Of a DNA stretch of 29,488 nucleotides, positions 9,262 through 17,804 are shown in pieces (position 1 is the first letter of the stretch; each line of letters opens with the position of its first letter). The stretch lies in assembly GCA_964362685.1 (NCBI GenBank), contig CAYIFL010000001.1:1-29488 (forward strand). Direction: 5' to 3'. A program made the translations under genes and the position numbers. This stretch comes from an uncultured Candidatus Saccharibacteria bacterium (GTDB lineage: Bacteria; Patescibacteriota; Minisyncoccia; UBA6257; UBA9933). The notes below the pieces were generated by a model. It did not search any database. It was not told the DNA's origin and worked only from the letters and a program-made list of their open reading frames with translations.

Positions 9262-10275
9262 CTATGCCTGAATATTTTTTTCTGGCGCATAGTAAACCAC
9301 CTGGCTCCCCAAGTGATCAAATAAAATCGGGACATAAAGGAGATGTTTTAAGCGCTCCTTCACCGCCTTTTGTTTTTCAGGCGCAACAAAGAAAACCATA
9401 AAGCCGCCTGCACCAGCACCCAAGAGTTTGCCGCCCCAGGCACCGGCGCCTCTCGCCGCTTCGTATATCTCATCTATGGCAGAATTGCTGATTTGCGATC
9501 CTAAACTTTTCTTGATCTGCCAGGCTTCGTGGAGCAGACGCCCAAAATCCTCGAATGCGCCTTTATGCACCACCTCTATTGCCTCTTCAACCATATCCCG
9601 CATAATCCGGAGCGCTGATCCCTTTTCATTATCTGCCGTACTCTTCACTTGCTCTGCAGCGATGTCAGAGGCAGTGCGCGTGAGTCCGGTAAAAAACATC
9701 ATAAGATGGCTCTGGAACGCCTCCATGCGCTTGGTCGTAAGAAGCACCGGATGCACCGCAATAAGATGTGGTCCGCCAAATTCGATTTTATTTAGTCCCC
9801 CAAATGCAGCTGCGGCTTGATCCTGCGACCCGACATTCTCTTTGAGGCGTTCCTGCTCAATATGGATTGCATCGAGCATTAAGCGCCGCTTTGTAACCAT
9901 GCGTCCATCCAGGGCATGAAGCGCATGAAGCAAACCCACCGTAAAGGACGAACTTGATCCCAAACCAGAACGCGCCGGCAGATCTCCCTGATGGTGTATT
10001 TCGATGCCTTTTTGCACATTCAAGAATTTCAGAACCTCCCGCACTGCCGGATGCTCTATTTCTTCCTGTTCCTTCACAAGCTCTATTTTAGACCATACCA
10101 CACGATTTTTATGCTCGAAAAAAGGCGGCAAGTGCCTGCAGGTAATATAACAATACTTATTAATAGTCGCTGAAAAAACCGCACCATTCCGATTTTGGTT
10201 TTGATTATACCATGCGGGATAATCAGTGCCGCCGCCGAAAAAAGAAATACGAAAAGGGGTTCGAGTAATAACCAT
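9262..10275 (-). CDS. hddA: D-glycero-alpha-D-manno-heptose 7-phosphate kinase (GHMP kinase)
   Basis: TRTPFRISFFGGGTDYP, DLPARSGLGSSSSF, GSQDQAAAAFGG, GGKLLGAGAGGF. Confidence 0.9.
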   Translation of the reverse strand: MVITRTPFRISFFGGGTDYPAWYNQNQNRNGAVFSATINKYCYITCRHLPPFFEHKNRVVWSKIELVKEQEEIEHPAVREVLKFLNVQKGIEIHHQGDLPARSGLGSSSSFTVGLLHALHALDGRMVTKRRLMLDAIHIEQERLKENVGSQDQAAAAFGGLNKIEFGGPHLIAVHPVLLTTKRMEAFQSHLMMFFTGLTRTASDIAAEQVKSTADNEKGSALRIMRDMVEEAIEVVHKGAFEDFGRLLHEAWQIKKSLGSQISNSAIDEIYEAARGAGAWGGKLLGAGAGGFMVFFVAPEKQKAVKERLKHLLYVPILFDHLGSQVVYYAPEKNIQA

Positions 10276-12107
10276 TAGTGGATATCGGGCATCGCCGGAT
10301 GTTCCCAGTCGGAAACCGGCTCGACGCCTATCATATTTTCTCTGAATTCTTCACGCGGAAGATACGGGTACATATCTTCAATAGGCGTCTTCCATCCGAA
10401 GATGCGCGGATTATACACATGCTCTTCATAACAATTTACCACACATACAACCGGACCTTCCATAGCCAAGACTTTCCGTATACCTTCCCGGACTCCAGCG
10501 TTATTCCCGATCTGAACCGTGGGCATTCCATACGCCTGGCATATTTTTATAAAATCCGGCGGATTGTATCCCTTTGGCCCGCATGCTTCCATTCTGCCTT
10601 GAAAATTAGTCTTTTGATAAGACTTAGTAATGCCGTAGATGCGATTATCGATAATAAAGGTTTTAAATCCGAGATTATAATTCAGCACCGTCTGAATCTC
10701 CTGGATATTCATATTGAATCCGCCGTCGCCGATCGTCGCAACCACATTGTGTTTTTTATCAGAGCCGAGCCAGGCGCCCATAGCGCCAGCAAAAGAAAAT
10801 CCCATGGGCGAATTGCCATTATTCGTGATGTTCCGCTGGCCGCGCTTTGTTTCAAAAGAATGATTTGAGGCAACGATATTGCCGCCGCAATCACCTACCA
10901 AAATATCATTTGGTCCCATCTCTTCGGAAAGAATCCGAAAGAAATAATATGGATGCACATTAGACCTATCCAAGCTGGTGTACTCCGGCAAAACCGGATC
11001 ATATTTTTCTTTCCAGTGCATCACTTTTTTAGTCCATGCGGAAATATCCGGCAAGGACACATTCGCTATTTTATCAAAAAGACGCCGCAGAAAGATTTTC
11101 GCGTCGCAAAATACGTTTTCATCAAAAGGAATCTGCTGGAGTTTTTTCTGGAGGAGTGACGGATCAACGTCAATTACCCATTTTTTGGCGCCGCGCGCGA
11201 ATGTTTGCAAATTGCCGCCGGTGATTCTCCCGGAGATACGGCTGCCTACCGCCAAAAGCAAATCAGCATTTTGAAGGCCGAAATTACGCCCCCTTCCTCC
11301 ATAGGTGCCTACCCTGCCGCCATACCACTGCCAATCCGAGGTTACTGCATCGAGCGCATTCCACGTTGGAAATACCGGCATCTTCAATCGCTCGCCCACT
11401 GCCCATAACTCCTCCATTGCGCCCGCGATCCGCACGCCGCCGCCAATGAGCATCACCGGACGCTTGGCACTCATTAAATCCTGGAGCAATGAATCGATTT
11501 TTCTATCGATATATAAAAAATTATACGTGGCCCTCGCGGCTTCCGCATCAAATCCCGTGAGCTTATCTGGCTCGATTAATTCCTTGGCAATATTTAAGGG
11601 GAGATCAATAAGCACTGGCCCTGGCCTGCCTTCGCGCGCATGAAAAAGCGCCTTCTGCAACTCATATTTAATACTTGCGGCATCTTGAATCATCACCGCG
11701 TACTTAGTGATTGGCTTTACAATACTCACAATATCGGTTTCCTGAAAGCCAACCTGCCGCACTTCAGGATCAGGCCGCAAAAATTGCGAATTGACTTGCC
11801 CCGTAATAAAAAGGCACGGCACAGAGTCATAATAGCAATTGCCGATAGGAGTGACCATATTCATGCCTCCGGGACCGCTTGTTGCAATAGTTACGCCGGG
11901 CTTGCCGCTTATTTTTGCGTAACACTCCGCGGCAAAACCCCCTCCCTGCTCGTGCATGACCGCGACATAGCGCGTTTTATCGGTTTTCGTAAACGCGTCA
12001 ATAAGATCGCCGATCGCGGAACCATACACCACAAACATATCCGTAATGCCCAAATCAGCCAGATACTGAATTATAAAATCTGCCACGCGCATTTTTCCAG
12101 AAGACAT
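10275..12107 (-). CDS. ThDP-dependent acetolactate-synthase-like enzyme (YerE-like sugar C-C ligase candidate)
   Basis: Catalytic HEQ, ATSGPG, FAD-domain ADLLLAVGSR, ThDP motif GDGGFNMNIQE...DNRIYG. TAATG stop/start coupling to hddA. Start placed at MSSGKMRVADF (12107). Confidence 0.88.
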   Translation of the reverse strand: MSSGKMRVADFIIQYLADLGITDMFVVYGSAIGDLIDAFTKTDKTRYVAVMHEQGGGFAAECYAKISGKPGVTIATSGPGGMNMVTPIGNCYYDSVPCLFITGQVNSQFLRPDPEVRQVGFQETDIVSIVKPITKYAVMIQDAASIKYELQKALFHAREGRPGPVLIDLPLNIAKELIEPDKLTGFDAEAARATYNFLYIDRKIDSLLQDLMSAKRPVMLIGGGVRIAGAMEELWAVGERLKMPVFPTWNALDAVTSDWQWYGGRVGTYGGRGRNFGLQNADLLLAVGSRISGRITGGNLQTFARGAKKWVIDVDPSLLQKKLQQIPFDENVFCDAKIFLRRLFDKIANVSLPDISAWTKKVMHWKEKYDPVLPEYTSLDRSNVHPYYFFRILSEEMGPNDILVGDCGGNIVASNHSFETKRGQRNITNNGNSPMGFSFAGAMGAWLGSDKKHNVVATIGDGGFNMNIQEIQTVLNYNLGFKTFIIDNRIYGITKSYQKTNFQGRMEACGPKGYNPPDFIKICQAYGMPTVQIGNNAGVREGIRKVLAMEGPVVCVVNCYEEHVYNPRIFGWKTPIEDMYPYLPREEFRENMIGVEPVSDWEHPAMPDIH

Positions 12108-12116
12108 AGCAACTAT

Positions 12117-12145
12117 AATGTATGCCCGATTGAGTAGTGTGTCAA
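12117..12145 (-). promoter_or_regulatory. sigma70-type promoter of ThDP-hddA-hddC-GT4-rml operon
   Basis: TTGACA-17 nt-TACATT, ending 9 nt before ATG 12107. Confidence 0.65.
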
Positions 12146-12160
12146 CAGGGAAGGATTTGT

Positions 12161-12742
12161 TTAGTTCTTCTTGGTAACTTTTACCTCGAGTCCTAAATGC
12201 GGCAATGCGCGCAAAAGCGTAAGGCACGCGTCCCACTGGTCTGATTCGCCTTTAAGCATATAGGCAATCCATTCATCAAGCGGCATTTCTAAAAGCTCCA
12301 TTTGCTCGCTTGGGTCTAGTTTCGGCTCTCCTACTTTTTTACAACCGGTTGCAAGAAAACTATAAAACTTGGTGGTTGAATTTCTTGAGTTAATAAATCC
12401 TGATCCTAAACTAATCACTTCTTTTGGGTCATAGCCGGTTTCTTCTTTTAATTCCCGCTTGATAATTTCTTCGGGCAATTCACCTTTGAAGCTGCCTTGG
12501 CCCCCGGGCGTTTCAATCATAATCTGGCCTGATCCCTGTTTGTATTGGCGAATTAAAATAACTTTGCCGTCTTCGGTAATGGGCAAAACCGCTGACCACG
12601 ACGGCTGTTCGTTAAAATAGAAGTCGGTTTCCTTGCCGGTGTGATCCCTGAATCGTTGTTTATCTAAACGCTTGCCGTATCCTTCGGCTAGTGTTTCCGG
12701 CTTCCCAATTTTTTCCCAGGGGACAATGCTCATATCGTCCAT
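12161..12742 (-). CDS. Nudix hydrolase A (ADP-ribose/NDP-sugar pyrophosphatase-like)
   Basis: VILIRQYK...ETPGG and Nudix box GQGSFKGELPEEIIKRELKEETGY. The true start may be the Met at 12733. Confidence 0.88.
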   Translation of the reverse strand: MDDMSIVPWEKIGKPETLAEGYGKRLDKQRFRDHTGKETDFYFNEQPSWSAVLPITEDGKVILIRQYKQGSGQIMIETPGGQGSFKGELPEEIIKRELKEETGYDPKEVISLGSGFINSRNSTTKFYSFLATGCKKVGEPKLDPSEQMELLEMPLDEWIAYMLKGESDQWDACLTLLRALPHLGLEVKVTKKN

Positions 12743-12776
12743 AGTATTTGAAATTAAAAAGATTTCAAGCTAATGT
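12741..12776. promoter_or_regulatory. Overlapping divergent promoters sharing a palindrome
   Basis: Plus strand TTGAAA(12748)-17-TAATGT(12771); minus strand TTGAAA(12768)-16-TACTAT(12746). The two -35 boxes are the arms of TTGAAAT-N7-ATTTCAA. Confidence 0.5.
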
Positions 12777-12789
12777 AGTAACACTATCT

Positions 12790-13290
12790 ATGACACACAT
12801 TACCTTTAATGACCTAACAAAACTGCGCGAAGAGTTAAGGGGTAAAACCATTGTGTTTTGCTCTGGTGGTTTTGATTTAACACATGCGGGACACGTCTTA
12901 TTCTTCGAGGACTGTAAAAAGCATGGAGATATCTTAGTTGTTGGCCTTGGTTCTGATGCGGCACGGCGGGGTGAAAAAAAAGATGATGGACGGCCTATTA
13001 TAAACGAAAAGATGCGCCTTAAAATGGTTTCATCTTTGAAACCAGTTGATTATGCTTTTATAATTGAGCATTTAGCGGAAACTCACAAACTTGATCCACT
13101 TAACAAAATTTTTGAAGTCTTACAACCAGATGTATATGTGATAAATGCTGATGCATCACATATCCCATACAGAGAAGACCTTGTAAAAAAATTCGGCGCA
13201 AAACTTATTATTTTAGACCGCTGGTGCCCGCCGGAATACGATGCAATTTCAACAACTAAACTGATTGAAAAAATTAAAAAACTGCCATAA
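12790..13290 (+). CDS. Cytidylyltransferase-like / HldC (RfaE domain II)-like nucleotidyltransferase
   Basis: IVFCSGGFDLTHAGH (HxGH), LVVGLGSD, GRPII, VDYAF, ISTTKLIEKI. Start placed at ATG 12790. Confidence 0.85.
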   Translation: MTHITFNDLTKLREELRGKTIVFCSGGFDLTHAGHVLFFEDCKKHGDILVVGLGSDAARRGEKKDDGRPIINEKMRLKMVSSLKPVDYAFIIEHLAETHKLDPLNKIFEVLQPDVYVINADASHIPYREDLVKKFGAKLIILDRWCPPEYDAISTTKLIEKIKKLP

Positions 13291-13326
13291 AAAAGAGGCG
13301 GTTCCGATAAAATCGGAACGCGCCTC
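13289..13326 (-). terminator. Intrinsic terminator downstream of Nudix B (between convergent genes)
   Basis: gaggcg-gttccgat / atcggaac-(g)-cgcctc 14-bp stem with one bulge, followed by a U6 tract on the minus strand. Confidence 0.8.
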
Positions 13327-13345
13327 ACTCAACAATGTTCGCTGA

Positions 13346-13918
13346 CTAATGCAGCCTTTTGAGGTCGTAGCCCAGATGCGGCAACGCCAGAAGTGTTGTC
13401 GCGATAGACTTTGAGTCAGAAACCTCTCCTTCCCAAATTTTCTGAATCCAATCAGAAATGGATAAGGTCATCCTTTCCAGGATTTCTGTTCTTTTCAACC
13501 GCGGCTCCGCAACTTGACGGCAACCTGTTGCCAAAAAAGGTACGTAGTGATTAACATCCGTTGCTGGATCAAAATACGCCTTAGTGGGACCGACCTGAAA
13601 CAATCGGTCCGCGGTAAAACCCGTCTCATCTCGAAGCTCCTTGATCGCAACCTCCTCGGGCTTATCGACAAGTGTGGGATTCCCGCCAGGGAGTTCGAAG
13701 ATGAACTGGTTAGCGGCAATACGGAATTGCCGAAGAACTATTACCTCATACTCTGGAGTTACAGGAAAGATGATAATAGGTGCTTTCGCGCCGCCCCACA
13801 AAAGGAATTTCTCGACACCGTGAGAAAACTCAAAGCTCCTTCGGAATACCCGCTTTCCCCATTCCTCTATAATGAGTTCATCTTCTCCGACAACTTTCGG
13901 AGCCACTAATTCACTCAT
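13346..13918 (-). CDS. Nudix hydrolase B (variant Nudix box)
   Basis: VIVLRQFR...FELPGG and box GNPTLVDKPEEVAIKELRDETGF. AAGGAGG at 13931-13925 supports the start at 13918; the upstream ORF-track extension crosses a terminator. Confidence 0.85.
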   Translation of the reverse strand: MSELVAPKVVGEDELIIEEWGKRVFRRSFEFSHGVEKFLLWGGAKAPIIIFPVTPEYEVIVLRQFRIAANQFIFELPGGNPTLVDKPEEVAIKELRDETGFTADRLFQVGPTKAYFDPATDVNHYVPFLATGCRQVAEPRLKRTEILERMTLSISDWIQKIWEGEVSDSKSIATTLLALPHLGYDLKRLH

Positions 13919-14001
13919 CATCCGCCTCCTTCGTGCAAAGGTTGAAAAGCCTCTTCCTGGAGCTGCCCCATTCAAACATATCGACGGCTTCATTGTCAAA
14001 C

Positions 14002-14039
14002 AAAAAACGGGGCTTCGACTCCTCCATGCCAAAACCCCG
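14002..14039 (-). terminator. Intrinsic terminator downstream of radical SAM gene
   Basis: cggggttttggc-atggagga-gtcgaagccccg 12-bp stem (G-U pairs) followed by TTTTTT. Confidence 0.75.
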
Positions 14040-14041
14040 CG

Positions 14042-14069
14042 TCGATGTTCAAGGTTCAATACTCAATGT
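14042..14069. repeat. Four degenerate 7-bp units immediately after radical SAM stop
   Basis: tcgatgt tcaaggt tcaatac tcaatgt. Confidence 0.5.
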
Positions 14070-15710
14070 TTATTGGTGCCGCGCGCTCATCGGCACAAGC
14101 CGTGCTTGTTCGCTCTCCGACAGCTCCCAGAAGGTCCGGCCGCCTAGAAGATCGCGCTTGAGCGATTTCTGCAGGTGGTCAATCCAAAGATCGATATTGC
14201 GGATAGCCACCGGACCGAGCTTTGGATCCTTGAGTAACCGTTCTCGGTACTCCGGCCGCTTGTAGTAAGCGGCGTGTGCCCAATCGCGGAACGCGATGAT
14301 CTGCTCAGTAGTCAAAGCGTCGCCATCGTAGTGTGGCTCGCTCTCTTCCAAGTATTGGGCATGCCCCGGCCAGCCTGGACCACCAAGCCGCTCAGGCAAT
14401 GGATATCCCTTTGTCTTGGCTTCTCGGTAGAGTTCTGACCCAGGAAGTGCTTGCGCGCAGTAGAAATTGCCGTAGGTGCCGTTTAGATCGCAGGCAAGCT
14501 TAAAGGTCGCTTCAATGGACTCCACGGTCTCGCCGGGAAGCCCGAAGATATAGTTCAATCCGCCTTCAATACCCGCCTCATGCATTCGCCGAACCACATC
14601 GTAAATGGTGTCTTCGCTAAACTTCTTGGCTTGACGAGACCGAACGGTGCTGTTCGCCGCCTCGATACCAAGCCCAAGCCAGCGGAAACCAGCGCTGCGG
14701 AGTAGATCGAGGTACTGCGGTTTGCAGGTGTCAATCCGGAAATAGCACCAGAAGTTAAAAATATCCCGAGCTTCCGGAAAAAGCTGGGTGAGAAGCTTGG
14801 CGATTTCCAGTGGGTGCGAACCCAACCCGAACATTTCGTCTGGGATCTTAAAAAACCTGACCCCATACGTTCTGTAGAGGTACAGAACCTCTTCCACGAA
14901 GAGCTTCGGCATAAGGTGCCGAAAGCTGTTCACGCCTGGCTTCAGTGCTCCGATCTGTTGCAATACCTGCTCGCCTTCGCGGTAGGGCGGCTGAATATTA
15001 CAGAAGTTACAGTGGAACGGACACCCCTCTGCTGAATAGGGATTGGCGTACGGCTCTGGAAGAATCTGCCCTTGTTCGTCAGTCACCCGATAGAACCGAT
15101 GCCAATGATGCGGCCGATACTTCCGCGGATCCATATACTTCCAGCCAGGAAGCGCTGGCTCTTGATTGAGGTCGATGAGCGGCGCTTCAGGACCATGCCC
15201 GATGCCGCTGTTATCCCGGTACCACAAGGACCGCACCTTATGGATATCTACCGGTCGTCCCCCTGCCTTCGTTGCCGCAAGGAGATCCTCCACGGTAATG
15301 GGCCCCTCGCCACCGCAGACGAAATCCACGGCTGGCTCGGTCTCGAGAGTATAAGCAGGAATCGCCGAGGGGTGTGTACCCGTGAGTATGATTGGGATTT
15401 CAGGCGACATCGCCTTGATCGCTTCGGCGAACTCCCGCGCAGATGGCATAGTCTGCGTGCTTGCCGAAGGGTTGTACCCGTAAACCGGCAAAACCACGAG
15501 GCGGGGATGTGCCGCACACACTTCTTCTGCCATCCGTTGTGGCGTCCAGTCCAGGACATTCGCATCAAAAAGATCCATACTCCACTTGCGGCGTTCGCCG
15601 TAAGCGAGCATGAAACGCGCCTTAGCAGGCGGCTCAATTGCATCTGGCACCCCGCCTCTAATATCAAGTACGTTCATCGGAATAACGAAAAGCACGTCCA
15701 ATCGGCTCAT
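14070..15710 (-). CDS. Cobalamin-binding radical SAM protein (class B methyltransferase-like)
   Basis: N-terminal B12-binding-like region (ILTGTHPS...DFVCGGEG), CPFHCNFC (CxxxCxxC), IPDEMF, GIEAAN, YIFGLPGET. SD AAGGAG 5 nt upstream. Confidence 0.9.
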   Translation of the reverse strand: MSRLDVLFVIPMNVLDIRGGVPDAIEPPAKARFMLAYGERRKWSMDLFDANVLDWTPQRMAEEVCAAHPRLVVLPVYGYNPSASTQTMPSAREFAEAIKAMSPEIPIILTGTHPSAIPAYTLETEPAVDFVCGGEGPITVEDLLAATKAGGRPVDIHKVRSLWYRDNSGIGHGPEAPLIDLNQEPALPGWKYMDPRKYRPHHWHRFYRVTDEQGQILPEPYANPYSAEGCPFHCNFCNIQPPYREGEQVLQQIGALKPGVNSFRHLMPKLFVEEVLYLYRTYGVRFFKIPDEMFGLGSHPLEIAKLLTQLFPEARDIFNFWCYFRIDTCKPQYLDLLRSAGFRWLGLGIEAANSTVRSRQAKKFSEDTIYDVVRRMHEAGIEGGLNYIFGLPGETVESIEATFKLACDLNGTYGNFYCAQALPGSELYREAKTKGYPLPERLGGPGWPGHAQYLEESEPHYDGDALTTEQIIAFRDWAHAAYYKRPEYRERLLKDPKLGPVAIRNIDLWIDHLQKSLKRDLLGGRTFWELSESEQARLVPMSARHQ

Positions 15711-15801
15711 GACTTCTCCTTTGCCCTACAGCGATTCAGCGGCTTGTACCGCTTACGATTTAGTTATGCGTTATAGAAAGTTGTCAAAGCAAGCTACAGC
15801 A

Positions 15802-15830
15802 ATTGTATGCGCTAGAAACAAAATCGTCAA
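15802..15830 (-). promoter_or_regulatory. sigma70-type promoter of radical SAM gene
   Basis: TTGACG-17 nt-TACAAT, giving a leader of about 85 nt. Confidence 0.7.
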
Positions 15831-15831
15831 A

Positions 15832-16788
15832 TTATGAGATGGGAGTTTTATCTTCCGGGCTAACCTTGATTGGGGCAAAATCAACCGGCATTCTTTTTTC
15901 CACCGCTTCTCGATTCATATTTTTTATATACCCCACAAATTCACAATTAATACTTGCCACTAAGCTTCCCATCTCTACGGCATCAAGAAATGATCCTCCC
16001 TCATGCCGTTTTACCAAATACCCCGCAGCAAAGGCATCGCCAGCGCCGGTGGTATCTACGGCCATACAAGGAATCACAGGAAAAAGCAAATACTCATATA
16101 ATGGCGTGAGATGGGCTACTAAAACTCCCCGGCTCCCTAGAGTAATTATTACCTGTCCGGCGCCTGCATCTAAAATCTTTTTTGCACAATCTACAACATC
16201 GGAAATATTCACTAATTTTTTTTGAAAAAGAACCTCGCACTCGTTTTGATCCATTTGCACGATATCGGCATACTTTAAATAGGTTGCCCAATCCGGCCAT
16301 CCGCGGTTATACATCTTGCCCCCTTTGTCCGCGCCAAATGGCTTCCGGTGTACATCCACATACACAAGCGCTTTGCTATTTTGCTTTACTTTTATAATTG
16401 CCTCTGGGTCAATATCATCAATATTTCCAAAATTAAATATGACAATATCCACATCGTGGATAAAAGGTTCAATATGCTCGTACGTGGTTGGCTCCATTTG
16501 AACTTTTCTTGTTACAAAATGTTTATTCCCTTCGTGATGATCAGTACCTGCTGGATTTATAAATATGCCACTGGTATTTACAAATGGATAATTCTTTCGA
16601 TAAAATTCTTTTACTTCATCTATATCCTCTTTACCAACACTGCCAACAAAATAGATTTTTGAATCATTGGTAAATAAAGCAGCAAAAGGTGCGATTGCGC
16701 TTTCAGTCATTCCGCCCCAGCCGCTATAGGTTCCTGCATCAGAATGCACGGTGTGGCGGAGCATAGATCCTACTAAACAAATCTTCAT
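15832..16788 (-). CDS. PfkB/ribokinase-family carbohydrate kinase
   Basis: VYVDVH, VIITLGSRG, AVDTTGAGDAFAAGY (PfkB signature 2). Confidence 0.9.
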   Translation of the reverse strand: MKICLVGSMLRHTVHSDAGTYSGWGGMTESAIAPFAALFTNDSKIYFVGSVGKEDIDEVKEFYRKNYPFVNTSGIFINPAGTDHHEGNKHFVTRKVQMEPTTYEHIEPFIHDVDIVIFNFGNIDDIDPEAIIKVKQNSKALVYVDVHRKPFGADKGGKMYNRGWPDWATYLKYADIVQMDQNECEVLFQKKLVNISDVVDCAKKILDAGAGQVIITLGSRGVLVAHLTPLYEYLLFPVIPCMAVDTTGAGDAFAAGYLVKRHEGGSFLDAVEMGSLVASINCEFVGYIKNMNREAVEKRMPVDFAPIKVSPEDKTPIS

Positions 16789-16795
16789 TGTTCAA

Positions 16796-16825
16796 AAAGT
16801 ACCATAGATATTCTATTCCCGTCAA
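16796..16825 (-). promoter_or_regulatory. sigma70-type promoter (extended -10) of pfkB-like gene
   Basis: TTGACG-18 nt-TACTTT, with TGG directly before the -10; ATG 7 nt later. Confidence 0.6.
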
Positions 16826-16833
16826 TTGCCAAT

Positions 16834-16871
16834 AAAAAAAGAGGACCGAGCGAGTGGTTCGCCCGATCCTC
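16834..16871 (-). terminator. Intrinsic terminator downstream of IMPase B
   Basis: gaggatcgggcga-accac-tcgctcggtcctc 13-bp stem followed by T7. Confidence 0.85.
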
Positions 16872-16889
16872 CGCAAGGTTCAGCTCTCG

Positions 16890-17687
16890 CTAGGAGCCGC
16901 AGATACTCATGAGCTCCACCCAGATCTCTCGGTTCCTTGCGAGGATAACCGGGATCTTTTTCTGTTTATACTCAACAGTGCTTCCATCCCAACGAGAAAC
17001 CATACAGCCAGCCTCTAAGGCAAGCAGCTCAGCCGCACCAAGGTCAAAGGGCGTCGCGCCTCCATGTACGTAAGCGCCGATTTTCCCCTCAACCAATAGA
17101 AGCGTGGTCCCGGTAAACGAGTGTACTTCAAGAAGAAAACATCCACGCGATTGCACTTTCTGTGCTATCGCCGGATTTTCTACTGCACCGATACTCACAA
17201 AAAGCTCGTTCGCGAGGTCTCCGCCTCGAGACGTCACTATCCGCTCTCGGTTAATGAAAGCGCCTCTGCCACGTCTTGCGTGCGCGAAAACGCCTCTTGC
17301 CGGAAAGAATATCAAGCCGAGCTCCGGAACACCGTTCAAGGTAAGCCCTGCCGAAATGGAAAAGTAATCCATCCCAGCCGCATATCCGGCAGTACCATCA
17401 ATTGGATCAATGAGCCACTCGTAGCCAGAACTGGAACGCTCTTCTGCGCCTTCTTCGCCGCGGATGCCATGATCCGGCCAGTGCGTCCGAAGACACTGAT
17501 GTATGCGCTCTTCGATTAACGTATCAGCTCTTGTGACGAGATCTTTTGCTCCTGATTTGATAAATCCCTTGAGCGACTGTTCCATCCTGCCGGACTGGCG
17601 AATAGCCAGTGCTTCCCTGCCAAGTTTTGAGAAAAGATCGCCAAGCACCTCAAGCGCCTCACCTGAGCCAAAGCCTTTCGTTGCCAT
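16890..17687 (-). CDS. Inositol monophosphatase-family phosphatase B
   Basis: DLVTRAD, GEE, WLIDPIDGT, PFDLGAA...EAG. GGAGG 7 nt upstream of ATG 17687 (MATKG). Confidence 0.88.
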   Translation of the reverse strand: MATKGFGSGEALEVLGDLFSKLGREALAIRQSGRMEQSLKGFIKSGAKDLVTRADTLIEERIHQCLRTHWPDHGIRGEEGAEERSSSGYEWLIDPIDGTAGYAAGMDYFSISAGLTLNGVPELGLIFFPARGVFAHARRGRGAFINRERIVTSRGGDLANELFVSIGAVENPAIAQKVQSRGCFLLEVHSFTGTTLLLVEGKIGAYVHGGATPFDLGAAELLALEAGCMVSRWDGSTVEYKQKKIPVILARNREIWVELMSICGS

Positions 17688-17764
17688 CTCCCATCCTCCC
17701 TGCGTGTGTACCAACGCGTAATTGCATTGGTAACCAACCACTCATGTCAAAAAGTCCAGCCCGT

Positions 17765-17792
17765 AGCTTACCACAGATTTCTTAATTTGCAA
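17765..17792 (-). promoter_or_regulatory. Putative promoter of IMPase B
   Basis: TTGCAA-16 nt-TAAGCT, with TGG before the -10. Confidence 0.5.
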
Positions 17793-17804
17793 GGATAATT
17801 TTTC

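Noticed and set aside
10275-12107. ilvB/ilvG acetolactate synthase for branched-chain amino acids
   Set aside because: No small subunit, ilvC or ilvD nearby, and the gene is translationally coupled to hddA. The fold is shared, so ALS activity is not excluded, but I did not assign the symbol.
15072-15776. 234-aa plus-strand ORF (also 10278-10868 +, 435-755 +, 23510-24028 -, 27754-28275 +, 28950-29426 + and other short ORFs)
   Set aside because: They lie antisense or out of frame within well-supported genes, have no recognisable motifs, and show Arg/Ser/Pro-rich shadow-ORF composition.
15711-15800. Cobalamin or SAM riboswitch in the radical SAM leader
   Set aside because: Only a small agcgg/ccgct hairpin is visible. 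No B12-box or SAM-I core is recognisable, and the roughly 85-nt leader is short for a cobalamin riboswitch. An Infernal/Rfam scan would settle it.
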